A stretch of 61,694 nt of DNA, counting the filler, from Sphacelaria rigidula (Eukaryota), in the NCBI GenBank assembly GCA_964200075.2. It is 9 parts of 9 records of this genome, joined end to end, with 100 filler letters (N's around TTAATTAATTAA, not from the genome) between each part and the next. Parts side by side here need not be neighbours in the genome. Positions count along the whole stretch, not along the records: positions 20,600 to 27,365 come from CAXNAA020018186.1; positions 27,466 to 34,231 come from CAXNAA020018187.1; positions 34,332 to 41,097 come from CAXNAA020018188.1; 6 more parts are not named here. One strand, written 5' to 3'. Positions 23,392 to 36,377 of this stretch are shown in pieces. The translations under genes and the position numbers were made by a program. Below the pieces are notes generated by a model. That model was not told where the DNA came from, did no database searches, and saw only the letters and a list, made by a program, of their open reading frames with translations. Each line of letters opens with the position of its first letter. The first letter of the stretch is position 1.

Positions 23392-25419
23392 GTGAGGTTT
23401 TGTCTAGAACTATGTACATGGGAACAGCGTTATTAGAAGGCTTTTGTAGAGGTGTACAGTACTCCAGTACAGTAGCGGGTGCATTGCTCCACGTGTTTCT
23501 CAAAGGGGGGGGGGTTGGAGAGGAGCAGAGGATGAGAAAGAAGTCGACCTCATCGTTCATACGAAGTTCGGTGTTATGGGAGTGAAGATCAATACGGTAG
23601 TGAACATTTGGCGGCAAAGATTGAACAAAAATGAGCTGTAGACAATCAACAGCAGTACTTCACCACTGCAGCGCAGGTTCTGTGACGAGTGGGCTGCAAT
23701 TTTGCGAACGCGATGCCTGCTCTCATGGTTTGGAGCGCAGCAATTGGTGAGATATGGAACATGCCGATTTCGCGTTGTATCCATGGAGATGTCCAGGCGC
23801 ACGGCGGGTTGATAACTTGACTGTACTATTACTTGTCCTCTGCCCGTCCTTCGATGCCTTCAGTACAGCATACGATGCTGTTACTGTGGTGTTGTTGGTG
23901 TGCATGCAATGTTTCACCCGAACGACAGGACTTGCCCAAGCTCTCGTTTCGTCTTCTTGGTGATTCATACTTACCGTGGATATTACGTTCGATAAAAATG
24001 GTGATACCAACACCAGACATGATAAGAGTGACCGCACGTAAGCTTTTCCATGTCACCGCTTGTCTCGTCAAAACGAAAATAGACAGCCAAACAACGCGTT
24101 GAACAAGATGCAGCTCGTACCATTGCCATGGTCGATGTCGATGGCATCCGCAAGTACCCCCCTCAAAACGGATGTATCCACCCCTCAGACCTCGGCCATA
24201 ATGCTCTTTTCCCTAGAAATCGACGGGGTGAGGGGGTCATCGCCTGCACTTGGTGGAGGCCCTTGCGACGACACTACTGTGTGTAACTAACTACCTTCAC
24301 ATCATTCGTTGGAAACCACCTTCCCTCCCGAATCCTTCCCATCCCCGACACCACCCACCACTGACCCACCACAAACCCTCAACCCCTCCGAGAGCCGTTG
24401 AAGCCGGAGGCGCCGCAGTCTGCCCGGTGGTTATCGTCGCATTGCCTTGATTAGGGTAGTGTAGGGCTCAGGGGTGACGATACCCCAGGCACCCTATATT
24501 ACATGGTATTCATAGTGCATCAGATGCGATGAGCCATACCCGCTACTTTTTGGCCAACAGCAGGTACCAAGGGTCTAGCTAACCTAGATGGAGAGAGCGG
24601 GGTACAGTCTACCCAACCCCGAGCTCACGAGCTCTGCCAATACGGTTGGATTTGGCCCAGCTTCCGCTCGACTGACGCCCACTGGGGTCTAGTCTATAGT
24701 GTGAAGTCTGAGTTAGTGTAAGGCGTACAGGCTGATTCACGCATTTGGCCCCAAATTCACTCATTCGTGAATATCCACGCCGATTCTTGGAGTTTGACTA
24801 CACAAATTTGCACACATACACGATCGGGCATCTCGAAACTGTCAAGGAATGATTTTGTTTTGTTCTTGTTTTTTTTCGCTGGTTATCGGGAGTCCTGGAG
24901 CGATCTGAGGTTCCCTACGCCAGATGCAAGGAAAACCGTCGGGAGTCTTTCTGGGTCTTTGGTGGGTATGTATCATCAGGGGGAATACGAGGACGCCAAA
25001 ACCCCATATCACCGAAACACCATGGTTATGGGTGATGGATGATGCCATGGAACCGTTTTAAAATATGTATTTCTGTTAGGTTCCCGAGCGGATGGTGATT
25101 AGTTCGATATAATTTTTTAAAATCTTTGACCAAAGGGGGAACCCCCAACCCAACACTTACCCCGCAAGCGAGTTTCGCAAGAGAGTTCGTGTGCCGATTA
25201 CCCTCGCGCTCGGCTAGACCACCTCGCGGAAGTCATGTGGGCAAGGCGCCTCGAGAGGCGGCACAAGGCAGCGTGGGAGATGCTCCCACTAAAACCCCCT
25301 GTTGTATCAACTTGTCGCAGTGCTCGCGCCGCCCTGCTCTCAGGAGCTTTGACTCTAGACTAACTACAATGTAGGTGTGTGTAGGTTAGGCAGAAAGGAG
25401 GTTGGGAATTCGCATACCT

Positions 25420-26400
25420 GAAATTCAGAACACTTTCAAGGCCGTTGATTGGCCGAGGTACCTTTTCGCCAGTTTTTCGCCCGTAGCGCCACCGCCATGA
25501 TCTTGAACAAAAGAATGTCCGATTGCCGGTACGATTTTTCGGTAAGCCTCCCACACCGTACCCGACAAGTTCTGTAATTTCTGTGTAAGACTTTCATCCG
25601 ATACCAGCACCCGATATTTCTGTGAGTTCTGTAAGGAATCTCATACCCTAAATTAAGAAAGGATCGGATTCTGGTGTAAATGTTTTCAGCCGTCTATTGG
25701 TGACCTCCGTCTTCCCGGCCCTCACATACTCCCATCTACTGTTTCCCTCGTAAATCATTATACATCATACCCGCCAATTAGTCATGGAACATGTTCACGC
25801 CTTGGACTGTACATGGTCATATTTGCAATAGGCCTGTACTTCACGTGGTACGTTTTTTTGTCCAACGCAGCAAAACATAGACGTAACTCACAGAACTTAC
25901 AGAACTATCGGGTGCAGGTATGAAAGTCTTGAAGAGCTCACAGAAATATCGGGTACCGGTACTGGATGAAAGTCTTACAGAAATTACAGAACTTGTCAAG
26001 TCCGGTATGTGAGGCTTCCGGAAAAACCGTACCGGCAATCGGGTATTGCTCGAAGAACACACCCGCGCTCTGGGTACGGGTAAACATTATGTACAGAACT
26101 CACAGAAGTGTCGGGTAAGCGTATGGAAGGCTGCCAGATCTTACAGAAACTGTCGGGTACGGTATGGAGGTTGCACAGAAAACCTTACCCGCAACCGGGA
26201 TATATTATCAAGAGCGTACCCATGCACCCCGGTAACGGTACGGGAGGCTTACAGAACTCACAGAACTATCGGGTAAGGGTATGAAATCCTTACAGAAATC
26301 ACACAACTGTCGGGTACCGTAAATACCCGGGAAAGTACCCCGGGAATACAGGAAACTGTATCCTACAGAACACAACATCGGAATTTTTGGGTCAAAACCG
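25420..26400. repeat. Two inversely oriented copies of a modular repeat built from ACAGAA(C/A)T(C/T)ACAGAA and CGGGTAC units
   Basis: About 25518..25650 is the reverse complement of about 25915..26042 (CGATTGCCGGTACG vs CGTACCGGCAATCG). The right copy continues as a minisatellite-like array. Confidence 0.7.
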
Positions 26401-26829
26401 TGAACCAGCCGTATGGATCGCATGAATGAGGCGGTAAAATTTTGCCTCCACTAAGAATGCCGAAATCTAATCATATGCAACTTTCTCCGGAAGAACGTAT
26501 ACAATTTTCGCCAAATACAGTGAATACAGGGATTCCCACTAGTCAAGCAAAGTATCTTTGACACCGTAATCGTCAGCAGTTTTTTTCGTCATAACGATGA
26601 GATCGTTTGACTCCTTCGGACGGGTAAAATATGTTGAGGTGGCGCATGCATGCGTGCCCACAAGGTACTGAATAGGCTGGGCCCTCTAAGACGCGGACAG
26701 GAATGTGAACACGCGATTTAACAGCTGAGTTTTGGGTCCAAGACTGGTTTCTATGTGGAGATGGACCCGCCACGAAAAAATGAAACGTGGTTATGCTGTT
26801 GAATTTCAAGTATTTTTCTACGAAATTTC

Positions 26830-27365
26830 AACACGATGCGCATGAGGTATGTTTTGAACTCCCTTTTGTCCTCCCTCAACATTTTTTTCAATGACTTGTC
26901 GACGCTTTTGCACCAGAAAAAAACTGTTCCAAAATTTAGATCACCAATAACATACGTACGAGAGGAAAAGAAAAGAAAGAAGGGGCAAACGGTAGGGGCT
27001 TCACATATACCCCATGTATACCGTGTCAAATTTTCATGGGAAACAACTTCAAATTGAGCAGTGAGATCGCCTTTTTTCTGCCGAGAACTGGTTCACTTGC
27101 TTTTAGACTACGAAAACCTCAGCCGGAAGTTTGACGTTTTTTACAAGCGCGACGCCTTGGCGCGCTGGAGGTCTCGTCTGCGTGCCATCTCAGACACTGC
27201 GTGCCTACAGTACGACATGACTTGTTGTGCAACCACAACTAGTGTAGCACCATCACTTTGCGGTCGCGGCACAACGGACTGTAATCGTAAAAACGATTTC
27301 AGCCGTTTTTTCCTCCTAATCCCGCCGCACATGCCACCCTCAACTCTCTACACTTCGCAGCTGAC
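26830..27365. repeat. Interspersed repeat family shared with 35200..36120 in opposite orientation
   Basis: CTCGTCTGCGTGCCATCT and CCCGCCGCACATG...TCAACTCTCTACACTT here match the reverse complements at about 35205..35410. Confidence 0.75.
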
Positions 27366-27465
27366 NNNNNNNNNNNNNNNNNNNNNNNNNNNNNNNNNNN
27401 NNNNNNNNNTTAATTAATTAANNNNNNNNNNNNNNNNNNNNNNNNNNNNNNNNNNNNNNNNNNNN
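27366..27465. other. Artificial contig linker
   Basis: N44-TTAATTAATTAA-N44. Confidence 0.99.
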
Positions 27466-28401
27466 ATTTTTCCTTCTTTTTTTTTTTTTTTTTGGGGGGG
27501 GTGCTATCGTCGAAAGTGTCAGCCCAGGCACGGGGAATGGCGCGAAAATTGCGTGGAGACTCTTGTTGACCAGCGGTCGACTTTTTTTCTCTCTTTCGAG
27601 CAATCAGGCCTAAGAAATCGTGGATTTGGTGATTCGAACCGGCGATGATTTGTCCGAACCGTGCAAGGGATCAACCGAATGTCTCCCCCGCGTATGCTCA
27701 TCCGCTGACAAATTGTAGTGGACCTTACAATCCGCCACCACGTGTCTTCAGGCACAGCTTGTACTACAGCACTACTAATTTAGCTGGCCGGAGTTCCACA
27801 TCACGGGTGTGTCCATAATATGGGGAGGTTAAAGTTGTGGGGAGATGTAGAGTTGTGTTTCCCAGAAGGCGGCGCAGCTTCTTACGCTGATTACAGAGTG
27901 AACCAGATCATAATTAATTCGTTTTTCATACAGATACAAACAAAATAGCGCTCATCCCATCTGCGAACGGCTACGCACATGTATGTGTGTCGGGGCTACA
28001 GAATCATTTATTTATAATGCTTCCGGCCTTCGCTGATCTTAATCCAGACGATGATGATCTTGACTCTGCTAGGTTTTCTGGGGCGGATGAGTCGTGTGCA
28101 TCAAATCTCCACACCCCGGATAATGACTACTGTAGATTACACCATCAAAAAGTGTATTGCGTACAGTATTGACTATTGCGTCTATTGTAGTATTGACTAC
28201 TGCGTCTATTGCACTAGACGCAATAGTCGATAATGTACGCAATATTTTTTTTACAATGTCATCGGTGGTCATTATCCATAAAAAGTTTTAAATGCGAAAT
28301 GCCGGGTTCAGCTGACTGTAGCTGTACCCACACCGAACTACTGCTCGAGACCATCTCTACTAGGAAGACAACCCCTCATTGAGTGATACCGCGATTGCCC
28401 C

Positions 28402-28789
28402 TGTTCAATATAGTTGATCTACGAACAGAACCCACAAGCATGACCGGGGAAATTGCGGGGTATTCGAGTATTCTAGTAAAAATATTGAAAAGGCTCTTCG
28501 CCGTTCAAGAACGGCGAATCGTTCCGAGTTCCTATTTTTTTTCAAGTGTTGCGTATCTGATCGTGGACCTTGCGCCGACAGCAGATTTTGGAGCGTAGGC
28601 TATCGAGATAGAGTAGTGCTCTACACCCTACTCTCTCACTCGTTCCCCTCACCTCTCTTCACCGAATTCCCTACGTGTGGATAGTAACAATAATGACTTA
28701 CTGGAAGATGGGGCAGTAATCTGTTTGGGCACACAGCGAAGGGCTGTTTGCTGATACAGGGTCATCTGCTCAACACCATCATTCGAATA
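28402..28789 (+). repeat. 5' LTR of the copia element (388 bp)
   Basis: TGTTCAATATAG...CATCATTCGAATA, collinear with 33295..33712. Confidence 0.9.
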
Positions 28790-30318
28790 CGTTCACGTAG
28801 TAGTCTGAACTTGGCTCGTGATTCTGAGATGGTAGATCGAGTCAGTGCAGTTGAAGAATTGAGTGTGCTGCACGAGGCACAGACAAGAACACTGTCGTGT
28901 ATCGAAGCTGCTCAGGAAAGCACAGGCGGCCGAATAGACGGACCTGTCGGTGAAGATCGACCGTCGTGTATTGATGGTGCTGTGTCCGGTAACCGGGCAG
29001 AGTCTGCTTCCGGTCGTAGAGGTGGAGTCGTCACCGACAGCCTGCTGCCAGCTGTCGGTGAGGTTGGCATTGCAGGAGGTAACACTTTCGCAATGAATCC
29101 TAGGGAAATAAGCAGCATCAAAACTGCTGTTCCCAAGCTCAAGAGTAGTGTTGATTTTCCGTTCTGGAAAAGACGCTCCGAGGGGATTTCTCTATCCAAT
29201 GATTGTATGCAGGATTTTTCTACAGGTGTTGTTGACATACATGCCCGTAGGTGACCCCCCAGTCACTTCCCAGTTTTTTATTGACCAAGGTTTTAGCTAG
29301 ACAAGTATAATATGACGAGCACGTATTGCTTGGACGTGTGTGACGGAGAGCATGACGGACCGTGAAGTATCAAGTAGGGTATTTCACACAAACTCCACGT
29401 GTGCAGGTTGGCGTTTTTTCCGTGTAATTGGTTCCTCCCGGGAACCCTCTCGGAGAAATCGAAGGGGAAACGCCTTTTCAACGGTTTAGAGATGGAGAAA
29501 AGGGGAAGATCCGATGAAGTTTTTCGCACCCGTAGATGAGATTGTGGGTGCACTAGTATGTATCAGTAGGGGTGCATATGCCTGTTGAGGATGTCAACGT
29601 CAAGATAGTTGAGGGATTCACAAGCGACTATGCGTACGAACAGCGTACAATCTTGTACGGAGACAGCATCACTCAAGCAAAGATAGAGGCTATTTATTGT
29701 ACGACAGAGATGCACGCTATGCACGTCTAGGAATGGTACGAAGAACAGTGGCATATAACAATGGACAAGCTCTCGTTACGAGCAAGCCCACCCGCCGAAA
29801 TCGCAATCAAGATGGCGCTAAAGGTGGTAGGGATGTTCCCAGGGGTGCCGTGGCCGACAAAAACGACCAGAACAGCAGTACGACAAACGCAGACAAGAAG
29901 TACGACGACATGCGAAACAAGCGCCACCGTTGCTCAGAGCCGGGGCATCGATTGTTCGACTGTACCGCACACGTCATCTCAGCTTCGAAGAAACCACGGG
30001 ATGACTGATGATATCATGGCGTCTTTATCGATTGGTATGCAACAAAGTAAGGAGGGTACAGTGGGAGTGCGTAATAGCAGTGATGATGGTACTGACAGGT
30101 GGATAGCTGATAGTGGAGCAACATTTCATATGACTAAATCAGCTGAAATGCTCCGTGACGTGCAACCATTTGAGGACGAAGTCAAGATCGGTCATAATAC
30201 TCTCATCGACGTTGAGGATTATAGACCGTTAACTGTACTTTCCCCCGACAAGGCTGGGGGAATAACAGTCAGGCTTGAGAAGGTGGCGTACGTCCCGGGT
30301 TTGGCTTTCAACCCATTC

Positions 30319-30591
30319 ACGCGTCGGACAGATCATGATCCGTCTGAAAATCACTTGTTCTCAGTATACTGATCCGGATCATGATCCGTGGATCATGATC
30401 CGGATCATTTGCCCCCCCTTCTTCTATGTTGGCTCCTTACAGCGCCGGACGCTGAGCACGCCGAGTATCGCAAGAGGTTGCTCTCTGGCTTTTCTGACTC
30501 CGCGGTCACATAGTTTGTGTTTTTGGACCCACGGATTCGAAAGTCTTCCCTGATTACTCGTTTCAGACAGGCCATGATATGGCCGACGTGT
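30319..30591. mobile_element. 273-bp MITE nested in the copia pol region
   Basis: Imperfect TIR of about 31 bp (ACGCGTCGGACAGATCATG... / ...CATGATATGGCCGACGTGT). Flanks CAACCCATTC and TAACCTATTC match 8/10. Internal GGATCATGATCC repeats. It splits the copia motif AFNxF. Confidence 0.75.
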
Positions 30592-33294
30592 TAACCTATT
30601 CCCACTAGTGGCTACGCACACACAAGGAGTCGGCTTCTCGACTGATGACTCGGCTATGAGAGTGACCCTACTGGATGGACGTATGAGGTTTTGGAGTGAT
30701 GGATCTGGATACTCCACGTATGGTAAAAGGAGTGATCATGATGATGACTGCATCCCCTTTCCCTTGCCGGTTCCCGAGTCTGTCGAAAATTCAGTGCAAT
30801 CTGACCCCCCTGTTCCCCTGGCGTTCCCTGTGATATCCCCCGGTAGTGCTGGCGCACGCAAGACTGCCGTAGACATCAGCTTTGTCCACCGCGTACAGAG
30901 ACATGCCAATGAATTTCTGTTGAAAGAGACAGCAAAATTGCTAGGTCCGGAGTTACTGGGTAATTTGAGACAGGGTATGGGATGCTTTATGGCAAAGGGG
31001 TACCGAAAGCCGATCGCAAACAGCACGAAATCTAGTGCTTTACAAAAGCTAGGAATAGTTTTTCTTGATTTTTGTGGTTCCAAGATAACTAACTGATTCA
31101 TTGCTAGGAAATAAATATGCCATGATAGTTAAAGGACGACTTCACCCGGTACACATGGGTATACTTATACTTCCTCGAGCGTAAGTTTGGCACCGCTGAT
31201 GCCTTCAGGAAAGTTTTTGGCTGATGTATGTGCGGATGGCGTACCTTCGGGAAGTAAGAATGGTTAGGTCTGACAGCGGAGGAATGCTTCGGTGGTGATT
31301 TTGAAGACGTTTGTAGGCACTACTGTGTTGGGCAGGAATTCACCAGCGCGAAGCGTCCGGAGCTGAACGGCGTTGCCGAGAGAGAGCTCTAGGTATCATT
31401 CAGAACGCCGCACTTGCCGCTCGCATCCAAGCCCCCATCCTCCTTCCACACGTGGAGCTGCCACCATCGGAGACCCTCTGTGCTGAGGCGATATGCTGGG
31501 CGTGTGACGCCCTGAATCAAACCGCGACGACGTCAAACCCAGATAACAAGTCACCGTACGAGATGCAGCACGATAAGGCAGCACCTGCACTATCGCATCC
31601 GTTTCTTCGTCCGGGTCATTGCCGCTGGAATCGACCCTCGAGCCCGGCATCGACCACCCCTGCGATTCATTGCAGACGCCGACGCGGGTAAATCAAGTAG
31701 TGGAGACAAGGGACATCACCTGGGAGGCGCTGTGGTCATGGGGGTGCCGTCGGTACAGCTGCGGCAGTCAGCTTCGCCGAAGCTGGCAGGGGCGTCGGAG
31801 CTGGGAGGGACGTCGGAGCCGGGCTGGACGTCGGAGCTCGGAGGGACTCCAGAGCCGGGAGGGTTAGATTATTTCGATTCTGCCCCACCGACTCCATGAC
31901 CGCTACTGGGGAGAAGAATCCACCATCAGCGTAGAGTGATATCCCCGGCGAAGAGTACAGACCATGGTGGCAAAGGTGAGCGGGGTTCTCTTGGCTATGA
32001 AGATCAACTGGCCCCGGACAACAAAACTGCTTCTTCAAGTGTTTATTTGTCATCTGTGAGTAGTGAGTCGTCTGCCGACGGCGAGCTCTCAGTCGAGGGG
32101 AGCGATTCGTCTTCGTCGGACGAATGTGTTCAAGTTCCAACGGCAGCGCGGACTGCGGCGCGCCAACTTGAGTCAAATCAGGTCGGATCTGGAAATAGCG
32201 ACGAGCTTGGGCGAACCAGAGCGCAGACACGAGCGCTCAGTCGAGAAGCATCTGAGCTCGTGACTTTGTCAGGGCCCGATGATGAAGAAGGGGGGGGTGA
32301 AATAATCCATGGGCTGCTGGCGGTACAAAAGGTTACCCGTAAGCCGGGCGAGCTCCCCACATGTCTTGTCAGGGAAGCGGGTCCGGAGCCGTTGTCGTAC
32401 CCTGCGGTGTGTTCATCACAATACTCGGATGTGTGGGTGGAGGCTTTGAAGATAAAGTTCCATGAACTCATGGCTGCTGAAATGTTTGCGGCGGTGACTG
32501 GCTATGCAGAGGGGTGGAACATTGTGGGCGCTAAGTGGGGTGTATCAGTGGAAGGGTGATTCACATGATAGGGTTGACCGGGCGAAAGCCCGTATGGTAG
32601 CTATGGGGGTACAGCCAGGGAGAGGGGGTACAGCCAGGGAGAGACATTTGCACCTACGGCATCTGCTACTTCGAACAGGTCGGCGGCGGCGGTCATAGCG
32701 TATAAGCTAGACTGGGATTCGAGGCACGTAGATGCAGACCAGGCTTTCAATTCATTCGGGATTGGACGTCGATATCTACTCGCGCCACAGAAGTACGTCA
32801 CCCTACTTACCACTGAGGCAGGATATGTAGCAATGGCAGACGGTGTCAAGGAGGCCCTGTATGTGAAGGGGATTCCGAAGTTCCTAGTGCCCAGTTTGGC
32901 GTCGAAAAGCATTGGCGTTTCTGAGGACAACGAGGGAGCGATAGACTTCGCTGAAAATCTCTCGAGTTCGTCCAACAGCAAACACATCGATCCATGGTGC
33001 CATTTTGTCAGGAAGCTGGCTGCTAGTGGTGACATCTCTGTGGAGTATTTTTCATCAGAAGATCAGCATGCGGATACTCTCCTCAAAACCCCATTTGTGA
33101 AGAATTTCGAAAGATACCGCGATTTCCTCTTAGGCAGAGGGTAGATTTCACCGTTTGTATTATTTTGTTGCGGTAGACCCTACTTTTTTTAATACGCGAT
33201 GGTAGTAGCGAATTCGATGATCTAATATAGTTTATTCGATGACAATAAGTTTATGTTTAGACATGTTATTAATAGTCGATAAAGCTAGGGAGGG

Positions 33295-33712
33295 TGTTCA
33301 ATATAGTCGATCTACGAACAGAACCCACAAGCATGACCGGGGAAATTGCGGGGTATTCGAGTATTCCAGGGAAAATATTGAAAAGGCTCTTCGCCGTTCA
33401 GGAACGGCGAATTGTTCCGAGCTCCTATATTTTGGGAACTGGTCGCGAATCTGGTCGCGGACCTTGCGCCGACAGTAGATTTTCGAGCGTAGGCAGTCGA
33501 GATAGGGTAGTGCTCTACGCCCTACTCTCTCACTCGTTCCCCTCACCTCTCTTCACCAAATTTCCTACGTGTGGATAGTAGTAATAAAGACTTGAAACAC
33601 ATATCTCATCTTCTTCGCACTTATTGGAAGATGGGGCAGTAATCTGCTTGGGCACACAGGAAGGGGCTGTTTGCTGCTACAAGATGATCTGATCAACACC
33701 ATCATTCAAATA
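33295..33712 (+). repeat. 3' LTR of the copia element (418 bp)
   Basis: TGTTCAATATAG...CATCATTCAAATA. Carries about 30 bp that are absent from the 5' LTR. Confidence 0.9.
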
Positions 33713-33760
33713 GCCCCCCCCCCCCCAAAAAAAGCCCCAAAACTGTCGGGAACAAAATAG

Positions 33761-33971
33761 CAGGGCTCTTTCTGTTACACGTCACAAAGTTCGTTACACG
33801 TCACAAGTTAAGCCAGGCTAGCTCCATGGTGGGCGCCTACGTGGTCCCTCACCGTAGTACTAGCCTGGCCCGACCTTTTGCACGGGGCTCCGCGTGTGAC
33901 GAATTTTGTGACGTGTAACGTTAATTTGTGACGTGTAACGAACATTGTGACGTGTAACGTACAGAGCCCTG
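33761..33971. mobile_element. hAT-like MITE (211 bp)
   Basis: TIR CAGGGCTCT...AGAGCCCTG; inverted subterminal GTTACACGTCACAA repeats; degenerate 8-bp flanks CAAAATAG and GAAAACAG. Confidence 0.7.
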
Positions 33972-34231
33972 GAAAACAGCATTTACAGCAGCTAATGGGT
34001 ACTGGTTTCCGAGTGTATGAAGCGCCTCGTATGGGCACCACCGGCGAAAACGATCCAAAGCGTGTCAGTTCTCAGCCGCTCGATGTGCGCTCGACTCTTG
34101 TCCATTTGATTCCCAAGTGTGTTTTGCCTCCTCCAACCAGTGACTCCTCTGCGGGGGGGGGGGGGGGGGGGGCCCATGGGTTGACATCCGGAGGCATTTT
34201 AACAACACCACTCAAGCCCCCCAAGCACGGG

Positions 34232-34331
34232 NNNNNNNNNNNNNNNNNNNNNNNNNNNNNNNNNNNNNNNNNNNNTTAATTAATTAANNNNNNNNNNNNN
34301 NNNNNNNNNNNNNNNNNNNNNNNNNNNNNNN
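34232..34331. other. Artificial contig linker
   Basis: N44-TTAATTAATTAA-N44. Confidence 0.99.
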
Positions 34332-34405
34332 GATGCACCCACATACACCGAAAGATGTAGACTGGTGCCCAGAATAGATGGGACGACAACACACACACAA
34401 CACAC
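34332..34405 (+). mobile_element. 3' tail of the tRNA-derived SINE
   Basis: CCAGAATAGATGGGACGAC-(AC)n matches the reverse complement of about 41590..41660. Confidence 0.65.
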
Positions 34406-34546
34406 TCGTGGTTTTCCAGTGGTCTCGGTTGCGACATGGTCTTGATTAATTAATCAACCCTTGCGTTGTTATGATTATTATTAGCCCTTCGAGCTCCCGT
34501 AAAATTTGGTCGTCTTCCACCAAGTAGAAACGTTTCACACCGTGAT

Positions 34547-34548
<2 letters not shown>

Positions 34549-34584
<36 letters not shown>
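34549..34584. repeat. (AT)n microsatellite
   Basis: Perfect dinucleotide run. Confidence 0.95.
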
Positions 34585-34586
<2 letters not shown>

Positions 34587-34822
34587 TCAACAGATGCGAT
34601 AGGCAACATGCACTGAGTTAAGGATGGGGGAGCATTACTGTTGTCATCCCGTCTATTCTTTTTTCTTTGTACTCATTGATGTCTTGAGAATATTACTGCT
34701 GGTCAACACATTCGAACAAAAGTCCACACACATGGAAATTCACCTGACGTTGTGGCAGAATGTGACCCGCCCCTACTCCCTCCCCGATTCCTCGTGCTTG
34801 TGACGACCGCACGCGTCGACAG

Positions 34823-35002
34823 ATGTGTTCCGAGGCATTCCGTAAGGCCGTGGCGGAGGCCATGGGCCCTACGGGTGTTATTGTCCCTGAGTACAGGGAA
34901 AAGCTGGATGACGTTGCGGCGCGCATGGGGCTGAGTGCGAAGTCGGCTAAGCTTGCCTTCCACGCTGCGGTCAGGCTGCGCATGGCGCCCTTGATCGAGC
35001 AG
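34823..35002 (+). CDS. TIC110: Internal exon of a Tic110-like plastid inner-envelope translocon protein
   Basis: GACAG| acceptor and CAG|GTACAT donor; 180 nt. MCSEAFRKAVAEAMGPTGVIVPEYREKLDDVAARMGLS. Splices in frame with five further exons; the joined peptide resembles stramenopile Tic110 as recalled, not searched. Confidence 0.75.
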
Positions 35003-36277
35003 GTACATTTTTTTCACTACTAGTACAAGCTGGGACGCCTAAGAAGCTCAATTTCCCTCAAGTCCGTTTGTTCTAACTGACGATGTAGCGCGAGTTGTGC
35101 CTACTATGACACATCGTGGTAATCAGCAAATCAGCGCGCGTCTTCAAATCCATGTACCACTGCGATCCGACAAGATATCATCAAACGAAATATCAAAATG
35201 TAGTCAAGTGCGAAAGTGTAGAGAGTTGAAGGTACCATGTGCGGCGGGAAAGTAGCCAGAAGATAAGGGCTGAAATTGGATTTTCGGTTACAGTCGGTTG
35301 TGCCGCGTGTTTCCGCACAAGCTGCGGTCGTACAACAACACATGTCGCACTAGACGCGCAGTATCCAAGATGGCACGCAGACGAGGCCCCAAGCGCGCCA
35401 TGGCGCCTGGTAGTAGTGTGCGAACCAACGATCAGTCCGTGAAGACCTCGGAGCCGAAATTAGGAGAAGAGTCAAAGGCTAACTTCTGGCTGAGCTTCCA
35501 TCTTCATATAGGAGCCGGATTTCGAGAGAATGACGCAATTCCCGTGCTAAATTTTTAGTTGTTCCCTATTAAATTTTGACTTGATGTACAGGCAGCACGT
35601 GCGAACACCCCCCTTCGTTCTTCGCGTGTTTTTTCCCCTTTTTTTTCCTCTTCGTGAGTTGTTAACGACGGAACATTTCAGAACATTTTTTCGGAACAAA
35701 AATGCCAATAACTCACTAAAAACAAGAATGAACAAGGACGGTGAGAGGGGGCCTTCGCACATACGTCCTGTACATCGTGTCATAATTCCATCAAGAACAA
35801 CTTAAAATTGGAACCGATCGCCGACGGAATGACGCGAGTCGTGCGCTCAATGTTGGATCGTTCTCGATGAAATGCCGACACGATGTACAGGACGTACGTG
35901 CGAAGCCTCAACCTTGCCCCTTATTATTTTTTTCACGTGAGATATTGGCGACAAAATATTTCAGAACTGTTTTTCGGCACAACATTTCCAATAACTCATG
36001 TACCAAAAACATAAATAGGGGGGGGAAAGGTTGGGTCTTCGCACGTACGTCCTGTACATCGTGTCAAAATTTCGTCGAAAACGATCCAAAAGTTGAGCGC
36101 ACGACTCGCGTTTCAACATTCCTGGTCGCATCTTGGGCGGCCCAGCTTGTAGTGGGTAGTGGAAGTATCCGTTGTTGCTGTTGTTGTTGTTGCTGTTGCT
36201 GTTTAGTAATGTGACTGATTTCCGTTGTCGCCAACTAACTTTTATCCCTCGTGTGGTTCGATGATCTGACGGACTAG

Positions 36278-36377
36278 ATCATCAACGAGTTCGAACGCAG
36301 CGTGCTCACGAAGGACCAGCTGGCGCGAAAGACCGGGAAGGACGCGGGCACCGATTTCTTCGTAGAGAGCGACGACA
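36278..36377 (+). CDS. TIC110: Tic110-like internal exon
   Basis: ACTAG| acceptor and A|GTGAGT donor; 100 nt. IINEFERSVLTKDQLARKTGKDAGTDFFVESDD. Confidence 0.72.

Larger units (their letters stand above)
28402..33712 (+). mobile_element. Decayed Ty1/copia LTR retrotransposon with both LTRs
   Basis: Two LTRs, GCCCC TSD (28397..28401 and 33713..33717) and PPT AGGGAGGG before the 3' LTR. Remnants occur in copia order: gag (VPKLKS..FPFWKRR), knuckle (RCSEPGHRLFDC), protease (WIADSGATFHMT), integrase (DDFTRYTWVY, PELNGVAER), RT start (AKARMVAMG) and RNase H (EDNEGAI...SKHID...HFVR...DQHADTL). Many stops and frameshifts; most of the RT is deleted. Confidence 0.93.
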
